A stretch of DNA of 64,000 nt from Azolla caroliniana (taxonomy: Eukaryota > Plantae > Polypodiophyta). Made by a program: the position numbers and the translations under genes. Shown here in pieces: positions 48,815 to 61,000 of the stretch; position 1 is the first letter of the stretch; every line of letters starts with the position of its first letter. The notes under the pieces are model-generated. The model worked only from the letters and a program-made list of their open reading frames with translations, did not search any database and was not told where the DNA came from. The stretch covers positions 15,066,001-15,130,000 of the forward strand of contig JBHGNT010000005.1 of assembly GCA_043228905.1 (NCBI GenBank), given 5' to 3'.

Positions 48815-49735
48815 TGTAAAAGTTCATATGCGGAATCTTAGATAAACTGGCTCAGCCGGATAACAACAGTAAAATAGAAATGTAGGTTTAATGGAAGCTT
48901 AAGAATACGTAGTGCACTGGAGAGACAGAGAGAGCAGAATAGCATAAACTCAATCCAAAATAATAACACTCTGTATATACAAATGTCCTACAGAACACTT
49001 TTTATACAAGTCCTTAAAAGGAGTGACAGAAGTACTGACAAGTACTTCAATGCTCATACAAGCGACTGACATTAGCTCGAAGGAATATGCCTACGTACTA
49101 GACTCTGACCATCGGCTCCAAAGGCCTATTGGTTTTCACTATTCCGGAATACGATTTGGCTCTAGATTCTGGATACCGATATATCTAGACACCTATCTGG
49201 TTCTCCATTCCGGATACCGATCCAGTTCCGGCTTATTCAGTCGATCCAAATCCGGTTGAGCTTGCTTGCTCAACACTCCCCCATAAACTCAACTTGAGAG
49301 CAGATCGCTATGTGTGTACACCGGTCCTTTACTCTGGCTCCTCCTGGTGTCTTCCCACCTTGCTCGCACTCCTTGACCCATTCATTTCCGATTAGTACGA
49401 CCCGTCTGGTCCACGGACCTCGACCTTCTCAATCGGCTTGTTTGCTCATAAGGGCCTTCTCAGCTCCTTCGTTGTTGCGACTCTAGTGCTTCTTGACTTG
49501 TCGATCCCTTCGTGTTGCACTTCTATGTCCTTCGTCCGAGCATGGAACACAGGGTTCTTGGCTAGTTGCATGTTCTTCATGTTGTTGCAATAAATCGGGA
49601 TCGGAGTCGATACTTTGATCCACAGGTCTTGCAGCAACCTGTGAAGCCATATGGCTTCACAGGTGACAACAACAACGCCTTGATACTGAGCCTCAGTGCT
49701 CGATAGAGCCACAATTGGTTGCTTCTTGCTGCTCG
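48815..49735 (-). mobile_element. Copia 3' end (RNase H remnant, PPT, LTR 48815-49275)
   Basis: ALSSTEAQYQG...NPVFHARTK; the LTR is related to 42346-42813. Confidence 0.82.
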
Positions 49736-52700
49736 ATAATGCACCTCAATGTGCTTGGTCCGGGCATGGAATACAAGGTTTTTCGCAAGGTGGATACTGC
49801 TAAGGTTGTCGCAATAGAGCATCGTCGGATCAGACACCTCGACATGTAGATCCCGTAATAGTCATTTCAGCCAAATGACTTCGCATGTAGCGACAGTCAC
49901 CCCTCGATATTTGGCCTCCGTGCTCGACAATGCTACTATCGGCTGCTTCTTACTGCTCCACGCGATTGCCGCATTTCCTAATGAGAAGGCGTATCTGGAT
50001 GTGGATCTACGATCACTGGCATTTCCGGCCCAATCGGCATCTATGTAGCCAACCAACTGTTCAGCTAAGCCTGCCTGATACAACAACACCATGTCTTTCG
50101 TGCCGCTAACATATCACAATATCCTTTGCGCGCACTGAAAGTATTCGGCTGTAGGCTACTCCATAAGCTGACTGATTAGTTCGACCGAGTAGCTGAGGTC
50201 TGGCCTGGTGATCGTCAAATATATCAGACTTCCGACAATTTGTTGAAACCGTGTCGGGTCGCATGCCTTTCCCGAATCTCAACGAAGCTTTGCATTTCTA
50301 TCCAAAGGGGTCGAGATGGGCTTACAATTGGCCATCCCGAACTTGAAGAGCATATTCAACGCGTAATGACGTTGGCTGATCAATATGCCTTCGGGGGCGC
50401 GGATCACTTCGATCTCGAGGAAGTAATGAAGGTCTCCAAGATCCTTCATTTCAAATGATGCCACAAGTTGAGACTTTACACGGAGGATTTCGTCCAGGTC
50501 GGCACCGATGATGACTAAATCATCAACATACAGTAGAAGGCTTACCAGTTCATATTGACCTTTCCGAACAAATAGTGAAGAGTCCGATTTTGACGTTGTA
50601 ATCTTCGCATTCCAGGCTCGCGGGGCTTGCTTAAGTCCGTAGAGTGACTTCTTTAGTCGGCAAACTTCCGAAGTGTTTCGTTCGGATAGAAATCCGGGGG
50701 GTTGTACCATGTACACCTGTTCCTCAAGATCACCTTGTAGGAAAGCGTTCTTTACATCCATCTGATGTAAGTGGCACCCCTTTGCCGCAGCTACGGCTAG
50801 CAAAACACGCACGGTAGTCATCTTCGCGACAAGTGCAAAGGTCTCATCGTAGTCCACACCCTGCTTTTGCGTGTAGCCTTTCGCAAGTAAATGGGCCTTG
50901 TATCGATTGACTGACCCGTCGGTATTGTATTTCACTTTATACACCCACCGACATCCGATCGGCTTTACACCCTTTGGTGCGTCAACCAGGTCCCATGTCT
51001 CATTATTAGTCAAAGCATGCATCCCTTCCTCCATCACGTCACGCCAGTTCACATCTTTCACCGTTTCTGCATAGCTCTCTGGCTCACGCACTTCCACCAC
51101 TCGTGTCATGTACGCGTAATGATGCGCCATGTACTCATTATACCCGTATCTCTTTACAGTCTTCATGTGGGTAGATTGGCAAAATTCGAGATTACCCGAT
51201 TTCACAACCTTTTCGGCTAATGTTGACCTCTTCCGTGGAGGTTCCTTTTCAGTTTGCCTGTACTTAGACTCGCTTCGATTTGACTCGGCATTGTTGAAAT
51301 CATACTCCAACATCTTTTTCTTCCCTTTCTTCTTGCGCGTAAACTATCCCCTAGGTTCTTTACACGGGGACATCACGGCTGAGTCTTCACTACTCGCCGT
51401 CTCTTCAATAGGTTGGTCATTTCTGCTCAACCCTTCATTCGGCCCACTTAGCCGAAATGAGATCGGACTCTCTTAGAGCTCTGATTTCCTCATCATGTGG
51501 AGGCATCTCAGCCTCGCCGACTTCTTCTTCAGAATTCGGAATGGAGTCATGAGGTATTGGAGGGGAAGGCAAGTACCACGAAGCAGAATCGTCGAACACG
51601 ACATCTCGACTTACGCACACTTCCTTTGTTCGGGGTTGATAACACTTACACCCCTTCTGCTCTTCTGGATAGCCGACTAGGATGCACTTTTCGGCTTTGG
51701 CGTCGAGTTTCCTCCTCTTTTCCTTTGGCACATGCACATATGCAATGCTACCAAAAATCCTCAAGTGTGCCATGTTCGGCTTCTTCCCGAAAATTCATGT
51801 GGCGACACTCCTCCATTAGCAAAAGTCCGATTCTGCAGGTAGACAGCCATCCTCACGACTTCAGCCCAATAGAATTTCGGCATCTGCTTCTCTTCAAGCA
51901 TTGCCCTGGTCGCTTCTTCGATTGTCCGATTCTTCTGCTCCACCACGTTGTTCTGCTACGGCATGTATCTACACGAGAATTCGCGTCGAATTCCCTCCTT
52001 CTGTAGATAACTTCTGAACTGGTCGGAGAAGTACTCCTTCCCACCATCGGACCGTAGGCATTTGATCTTACGCCCTATTTCCCTTTCCACAAGGCTCTTC
52101 ACCTTCAGGAAACATGCGCAGACTTCGCTCTTCTTCGCAATCGTGCATACCCACATGTGCCAAATGAAGTCTTCGATGAAGGTTACAAAGTAACGGCTTC
52201 CACCGAGACTCACTTTCTGTGCTAGACCTGAACGGATCAAATCCAGCGGATTTCGACTGCGATTACGCTCGTTGGGGAATGGAAGTCGGTGTTGTTTTTC
52301 CATATGGTAGACTTCGCAGACTTGGCCATTCTGGCCTCGAAATTTTGGCAAGTCGAACACAATGTTCTTCGACTGCATTTCACGAAGCCGTCGGAAGTCC
52401 ATCTCGACCTTCTGCCCTTTCGCAAACATAGCGGTGCCCACATTGTTAGTTTCGGGGATAAACATCCTCCCTTCACGGCGCCCTTGCGCGATTACTCTGC
52501 CTTGCTCTTCTATGAAGCACCCTAGATGCGTGAATCAAACCTGCATCCCTTGGTCGACGATTTGTCCGACCGACACCAAGTTCTTCATTATTTTTGGGAT
52601 GTGTAGCACGTTCAAGAGTTTTCCTTTCTGCCCGACATGGCTGAGGGGAACTTCACCAACATGTTCGATGGTATGCCGGGTGTCATCTCCCATTTCGACT

Positions 52701-54278
52701 ACCCCTTGCTTTTCTGGCTTCTCCAAGTACGAGAACCATTCCTCGTGACTAGTCATATGATTTAACGCTACGGAATCAACATACCACACCTCGCTTGATT
52801 TTGAGGTGTTCATGGCCATTGAATTGTCCTTGTGCTTCATTACGAAGGCAGGACCCGATCCATTTCCGGCTCGTTCGGAGCCCTCAACTTAGTGCGACTT
52901 TTGACGCCTTCCTGTGTCTCTTCCGCTCGATCCGGCTTTGTCCGAGTCGGGTTTCTTTTTCCAATACTCGCTCGCCCTGTGGCCTTTCTTGCCACAGTAC
53001 CAACATTCTGTCGCGGCCTTCTCTCGCCAGCTTCCGGCGCCGCCATGACTCCCCCTGCTTCCGGAGGGTTCAGAATGGTTCCCAACATTTCGATTATGCC
53101 GTCCATTCAGCTCTTTTCGGCCACCTCCATTATGTGCCGATCCGCCTCATCCACCACAACCACGGGGCCTATCTCCCTCCGTGTACAACATCTTGTCGTT
53201 GGTGTGCATACTCGTGGATGCACCCACATGATTTTCCTCCACGAGCAACATTGACTAAAGCTCGAAGAACGTAGGTGTATTCTCCCTCGTACAGATCTTC
53301 GTTCGGAATGCTCCGAAATTTGACGCTACCCACCAAGAAAAACCTGCACCATCTCATCTTCCTCGATGTTCACGTTGACGGAGGTGAGAGAGTCACAGAT
53401 TTCTTTGATCTTGGAGGTGTAATCAGCCACCGACATATCTCGTTGTCGAACATTGCTCAACTCCTGCCTGAGTTGAAGCTTCCTGGCTGTGGTGCTAGCG
53501 GCGAAAATCTTCTTGAGATTTGCCCATGTGTCCTTGGGCGTCTTGGCATCCCGAATATGGCTCAATAGCTGGCCGCTCACATAGGACGCAGAGCAGTAGA
53601 GAACTCTGCTTGCCACTTGTTCCCAAGCTGAAAAATCCCTGTGTCGATTCGGGTGTTGTATCACTAGCTCCTTCAACATAACTCGAGTAGCCATGACCAA
53701 GCACATATTGGTGCATCTTGTACGACCAAGATGCGTAGTTGCTCCTGTCGAGCTTCTCAGTCAGTAGCGAGCTTCCCATTCCTCTGTCCATGTTGTTGTC
53801 AAGAATAACAATTCAACTATCTCTCTGTCGCAAGCTTTTCTGTCGGCTACAGAGGACTTCAACTCTAGCATTCTGATACCATGTAAAAGAATACGTGTGC
53901 GGAAGCGTATGCGAAACACAGAGTACATAGTTTGGAGAGCGACAGTTTGGTGAAACACAGAAAACGCAGAGATGGAGAGGGAGAGGAAGAGAGAGAGAGA
54001 GAGAGCAGACAACTCAGTTCTATTTCAAAATAATGACACTTTGTACATACTTCCTGCTCAATGAGCACCTTTTATACAAGCCCTGACTATCGGGCTGACA
54101 CAAGTACTGACATTACTTGACTGCTCATAAATGAGCCTACTACACTAACTCCCAAAATTATTCCTTACGAGGAATACCATACTAACGGCCTTTCGGTTTA
54201 CGCACCGATACGGCCACATTATGCATATTGTTTTACGCACTGAGTCTACGCACTGGGTTACGCACCCATCACTCAACA
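49736..54278 (-). mobile_element. Copia element: 5' LTR 53882-54278, Met PBS, gag-PR-INT-RT-RNase H, degenerate
   Basis: PBS TGGTATCAGAA at 53881-53871; MGSSLLTEKLDRSNYASW; RT ORF 50279-51313 with YVDDL. Inserted into the gag of the plus-strand copy starting at 54279. Confidence 0.92.
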
Positions 54279-57200
54279 AAGATGCACCAGTACTTGCTCG
54301 GGCATGGCTACTGGAGTTACATCGATGGATCTAATGACGCAACACCCGAATCGACACACAGAGATTTCCTAGCCTGGGAACAGGTAGCAAGTAGGGTTCT
54401 CTACTGCTTCGCATCCTGTGTGAGTGATTAGCTTTTGAGCTACATTCCAGTTGCGAGGACGCCGAAGGATGCTTGGGGAAATCTAAAAAATATTTTTGCG
54501 CGAGTACCACAGCCACAAAGCTCCAACTTAGGCAAGAGTTGAGCAATGTTCGACAACAAGATATGTCGGTGGCTGAATACACCTCCAAGATCAAGGACAA
54601 TTGTGACTCTCTCGCCTCAATCGATGCAAATGTCGAGGATGATGAAATGGTGTAGGTCTACCTCGGATGGTTAGCATCAAAGTTCGGAGCATTCCGAACT
54701 GCTATCTGTACGAGGAAGAATACGCCGTCATTTTTCGACTTATATTCAATGCTCCTAGTAGAGGAGAACCATGTGGGTGCGTCAACGAGTACGCACGCCA
54801 ACAATAAGATGTTGTACACAGAGGAAGATGTGGGGAGTCGAGGCGGCGCCAGAAACCGGCAAGGAAAGTTTGCCACGGAATGCTGGTACTGTGGCAAGAA
54901 AGGCCCCAGGGAGAGAGTGTTGGAAGAAACGCGTTGATTCGGAGCAAGCCGCATCCGGCTCGAGGTGGACCGAGCAAGGAAATCGGCAGCGATCGCACTA
55001 CGTCGAGGGCTCCGAATGAGCCAAAAATGGATCGGGCCCAACCTTCGTAATGAAGCACAAAGCCAATTCGATGGCGGTGAACACCTCGAAACTGAACGAG
55101 GTGTGGTATGTTGACTCCAGAACGTCAAATAATATGACAAGTGACGAGGAATGGTTCTCGTACTTGGAAAAACCGCAAAAACAAGGAGTGGTCGAAACTG
55201 GAGACGACACCCCGCATACCATCGAACATGTTGGTGAAGTTCCCCTTAGCCACGTCGGGCAAAAAGGGAAACTCATGAACGTGCTACACATCCCAACAAT
55301 AACGAAGAACTTGGTGTCAGTCGGACAGATCGTCGACTAAGGGATGCAAGTTCGATTCATGCATCCAGACTGCTACATCAAAGAAGAGGGGAAAGTCGTT
55401 GCACAAGGGCATCAAGAAGGGAGGATGTTCATCCTCAATACCAATGAAGTCGGAACTGCGTTGTTCGTGAAAGGATAGAAGGTCAAGTCGGACATTGACC
55501 TATGGCACAAGCGGTTCAACCATGTTAACTTCCTACGGCTTCGTGAAATGCAGACGAAGAACATCGTTTTCGGATTGTCAAATTTTAGTGGCCAGAGCGG
55601 CCAAGTCTACGAAGCCTGCCATCTTAGGAAAAGCACCGACTTCCATTTCCCAAACGAGTGTAATCGGAATCGGAATCCACTCGATGTGATCCATTCAGAT
55701 ATATGGGGACCAACATAAAATGTGAGCATCAAAGGAAGCCGTTACTTCATAACCTTCATCGATGACTTCACTCGGCACACTTGGGCGTGCTTGATCGCGA
55801 AAAAGAGCGAAGTCTTCACGTGTTTGTTGAAGGTGAAGAGCCTTGCGGAAAGGGAAACTAGGCGAAAGATCAAGTGCCTAGGTCCAATGACAAGAAGGAG
55901 TATTGTATGACCAATTCTCGAGTTATCTACAGAAGGAGGGAATTTGACACGAAATCTCGTGCAGATACACGCTGCAGCAGAACAACATGCCCGAGAGGAA
56001 GAATGGGACGATAGAAAAGGCGGCAAGGGCGATGCTTGAAGAGAAGCATCTACCAAAGTTCTATTGGGCCAAAGCTGTCAGAACAGCTGTCTACCCTCAA
56101 AATCAGGCATCCACTAGTGGAGGAGTGTCGCCACATGAGTTGTACTTCAAGAAGAAGTTGAACTTGGCACACTTGAGGGTCTTTAGTAGCATCGTGTATG
56201 TGCATGTGCCAAAGGAGAAATGGACGAACCTAGACGCCAAAGCCGATAAGCGTATCTTGGTTGGCTACTCAGACGAATAGAAGGGTTATAAGGGTTATAA
56301 CCCCCAAACCAAACAATCTCACATAAGTCGTGATGTTGTGTTCGACGAGTTCGCCTCGTGGTACTTGCCTTCACCTCCAACCCCTGACGACTCCATTCTC
56401 ATCTTTGACGGAGAGGTCAGCAAGGCTGAAATGCCTCAAGATGAAGGAGACATCGGAGCTCTTGAAGAGAGTCCAATCTCATTCAGGCTAAGTGGGCCGA
56501 ATGAGCGACTTGGTGAGCATGACTAGTCAGACGCAAAGCTGGCAAGTAGTGGAGACTCATCCGTCCATTCCCTGCGCAGGAAGCCGAGGAGACGGTTTAC
56601 ATGCAAAGAGAAGGGAAAGAAGAAGATGTTAGAGAATGACACTGATAAAGAAAAATCGGATCGAAGCGAATCCGACTCCGAGAAGAACGAAGACGGACCT
56701 TCCGAAACAAAGTCCGCATTGACCAAGAGGGCCTCAAAACCGGCTAATGAGCAATTACGCCAATCCACCCGCCAGAAGAAACCCATGGTGCATGACATGA
56801 GTGACGGAGACTACGCAGAAGTGGCGAAGGACCCCGTCTTCCATGCCCGGACCAAGAGCATTGAGGTGCACTACCATTTTGTCCACGACTGTGTCCTCTC
56901 CGCTGAAGTCGAATGAGTGTATGTTCCGACGAATCGGCAGACTGTCGACATCTTCACCAAGCCCCTTGGTCTCAACAAGTTGCTGCCATGCTCAGGTGCA
57001 CTTGGTTTGCGGCATCTCGACTTGCCAAACTTAAGGGGGAGAAAAGACTAGGAAAAGGAGCAAGAAAGGAGCTGAAATGGCCGAGAAGCCGAGTCGGATG
57101 AAGAATTTGATTTCGGGTCGGCTGAAGAAGCTGAAGGCGGAAACAAGGGCAACAACCAAAGGGAAGAGCCAGAGTCAGGCGATCAAGGGGGAGATAACGC

Positions 57201-58014
57201 CAAGAAGGCCAAGAAGTCCAAGAAGGCCAAGAACAAGACATGGTCTGATGTGGTTAAGGGCCTAAAGACAGAAGACGAATTGGAGACAACCAATTCGGGC
57301 AAGAGCGGAAAAGAATCGGAGACAGGAAATTTGGCTCGAATGTTCAATTCGGAGACGTTGAATCAACTGAAGTCCAAGCGGAGGAAGGGCATTGGAAGAG
57401 GCGCCAACACCAAGATAGCAAGGGAGATAAGAAAGGCCACACGAGCAGACAAGCCGACCGAACATGTCGAGGCACGTGGAATCGAATGGGTCAAGTATCG
57501 CGAGCAAGGCGTGAAGCCAGGAGAAGCCGGAACGAAGATCCGGAAGAGCACGCGGAACCTCAAGTTGAGCTTGAAGGGGAGTGTTAAGATACAAGGTCAA
57601 CCTTGGTTGCGTAAACCAGTGCGTAGACTAGGTGCATAAACCAATACATAGACTGGGTGCGTAAACCGTGTGCGCAACGAGAGGCCATAGCGCTACATAA
57701 ACCGGGAGGCCGTTGGCCGTTGGATATATATTCCGAGGAGGAATATATTTTGGAAGTTAGTGTAGGGGCTCCTTGATGAGCATTGAAGTATGTGTCAATA
57801 CTTCTGTCAGTCCGTATGGACCTGTATAAAAGTACTCTCTTAGCACATCCTATGTACAGAGTATTACAGTATTGTTTTGGAATAGAGTTTTCTGTGTTCT
57901 GGTCTCTCTGTCTCCCCCGCGTACGCTGTGTTGATTAAGCTTTCCATTAAACCTTCCTTTTCTCTTGTCTTTTGTATATTGTTACCAGGTTGTGTCTGTT
58001 AAGGTTTCGCACAT
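54279..58014 (+). mobile_element. Copia element of the same family with RT deleted: gag-PR-INT-[deletion]-RNase H tail, extension, PPT, 3' LTR 57582-58014
   Basis: KMHQYLLGHG gag; WYVDSRTSN; integrase; a jump from RQSTRQKKP to AKDPVFHARTK at ~56790-56820; PPT then TGTTAAG. Confidence 0.88.
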
Positions 58015-61000
58015 TGTCGCCGTATTTTGTGTTCACGTGCAACAACTACGACGAGACTACGGGGGCCTCAGACCAAGGAGTGATAGAAGAAGAAGAAGAA
58101 GAAGAGATTATGGATATCAACCGAATGTTATAGATTATGGAAAACAATAGCATACAACTGGCTCGGAAGGAGTCAGAGGAGTGGGCTAGCCACACCACTC
58201 ACGCACAGACACTAGGAGACACCGAGACACAATGGGGATTCTCTATTGAGAGCACACTGGCTTCCTACGTGAGCAGAGGCTTCCAACCGAACCGTGCACC
58301 CAAAATGAAACTGAGAGAGATAGAGAGCTCGGTCCCCAAACCGACAACGCTTCATCTTCCTATAAAAACTTTCCCCTTTCATCAGTCCTCTCTTTCCCCT
58401 TTTATAGATCACGGAGAGAGAGAGGGTTGTTACAATGGATAGTTAATTCGGTTGCTTTAGGCCGAGATTTTCCTCGATCTCCTTGCGTGATCTTTCATAT
58501 TCCCCCGCCCCTTTCCGTGAAGATCTTTAAAGTACCTATCAAATCCTAGTCCCTAGTACTTACTAGTCCTAGGTTATTTACACGTGTTTATACACAATAC
58601 ATATTTTTGAGTGTTGAGAACTCGACGTTCCTTATGTCCGACACTCGGCCACAACCGAGATTCTTTTCATACACAGAAAAACAGGTAATGAAACGCGACA
58701 CGAAAGAGGAGAAATGGTACACAGGAGGTATACGTGGAAAACCCCAAAATAGGGGAAAAAACCACGGCAGCCCACAAGCTGCAAACTGTCACTATGCAGA
58801 AATATACAACAGTGAGATCACTGAGGCAACGACCTCGTGCTCTCAGATCTTCGCCACACGCGGCGGTTACAACAGAGGCAACGACCTTGTCTCTCTCTCT
58901 CTCTCTCTCTCTCTCTGTACAGTTACGCGCTCTAATTTCTACTTGCACCAACAAGAAGGAATAACAACAACCACTAAAAGTTTGCCCTAAGTCATATTTA
59001 TACTAATATGACTTTTCGGCTATTTACAAATGCAGCCTCGATGGGCTCCATCCGGCTCTCCGCAGTCGGGTACTCCTCATCCGGTTCATACCGGGCCTAC
59101 ACCATCCGACTCTCCGCAGTCGGGTACTCCTCATCCGGTTCATACCGGGCCTACACCATCCGACTCTCCGAAGTCGGGTTCTCACCATTCGGTTCATACC
59201 GTTTCGGCCTCGGCCGAGTTTGTTCATCGGCACTGTTCTTCTCCCCCTTCCCATCCAGAGGGACCTGTCTACCAACATTGAGTGCATCAACGTGTGCCCT
59301 CTTTCACGCACATTCGACCCTTTTCCCCTTCATGACCGGAATTTTTCACGTCATCCACCCCCACCAAACTGCACATCCACCGGTATGTGTCGAGAGAGGA
59401 AAGGCGGAAATTTTGGTCCCTCGATTACCCATCGTCCTCCGGTCCGTCGACCTCCCAAATTTCGTCCGGTTCCCCCGTTTCGCCACCCTCGCTCTCATAC
59501 TCCAGATCCGGCTCCTCTTCGTGCCACTTCTTGAAGACCTTAATCTGCTTCCCCGCAACTGGCACCTCTAACCTTGTTCCATCGAGCTCTACAAGGTGGT
59601 ACGTGGCATTGTTGTTCACACCCGTCACCATGTAAGGCCCGAACCATCTTCGTGCACATTTTCGCGTAACTTGTGCAGTTTGTAGAGGTTGCTATCATAA
59701 ACCAATACCCAGTCGCCTCCCTTGATCTTCTTCAGTCTTAGCTAGTGTGTCTAGTCAAACCGGGCCTTGTTCTTCTTACGCTCTGCATACAACTTTTCTT
59801 TTGCCCTCTCTACGTCCTGCAACCTCTGATTGAGCTACCGAATCCTCACCGCCAACAGTTCCTCCTAGCTCATTTCGCCCGTCCAATTGATCGCCGCCCA
59901 CGAAAAGATTGTGTGCTCCACCAGCAAGATCTATATGAACCCAGTCACCGAACTGTGCATTGTTCGGTCCGCCCACAATGCGTAAGGTAGGAACCGTGGC
60001 CAATTCCTGACTTGCCCTTCGCACGCTTGTACTAGTGCCTTCACGATTGGTCCATGTCCACGCTCCACTTTCCCGTTCATCTCCGGATTGTATGTCGTAG
60101 TGAGGGGGAGCTTCACCCCTATCCGATTGAACAGCTCTTCGGCTTCTTGCGCATCCAGCTCCCTACGGTTGGCCACAATCTTCCCTACGCACCCGTACCA
60201 TCAAATCACTTCTTCGATTAGAAACCGGCATACAACCTTGGTCTTTTTGTTCTATAGTGCTCGGCCCTCCGCCTGATTCATCAAATCTTCTCGTGCTAGC
60301 ACTAGATATCGCATTTGCCCCACCCCCATCGGCATCCTCACTAAATCCACCACCCACTTGAAGTGGACGATTGGAGGGTAGGTCGGGTGCAATTCATCTC
60401 TATGCCAGATAGTGGAATGCATTTGACAACTCTCACAATTCGTCACGAATTGGTGCACGTCCCAGTACATATACTCCCATATACTCCCATTCCGTATACT
60501 CCCATTCCGCAAGAAGAAACGATATGCCTTCTTCCAGATCCGGTTTGCTTTGCCCTTCGTCCACGCCGCGTCTGGTGTCAATGTACTCAAGAATCTACCG
60601 ATCCGGAGTCACTCCCCCTCGTACTCATTCTCGTTAAACTCGTTTAGTGCCGGAGTGCTCCTCCCCTTTGCCATCACTTGAGATGACTCGAAGAAATCTA
60701 CGTCAACTTCGTCATCTTCCGATACCATGTCGTCTTCGTCGACAAACTAGGCTATTGAGAGCATATCGGCCATGGCGTTGTCTTTCCTGGAGATGTGCTA
60801 TATCTCTGGATTCAGGGACTTAATCTACGCGATCCACCTGAGCATAGCCAGGTCTAGAGTCGTGCAACCGGACACCATACCGAGGATTCGTAGGCAGTCC
60901 GTCTCGATTACTACCTCTATCCTGATCAATTAATCCTTGTCGGCCTTGACTGCCAAACCGATACCCCAAAGTTCTCATTTAACCTGGGCATATCCTCGCT

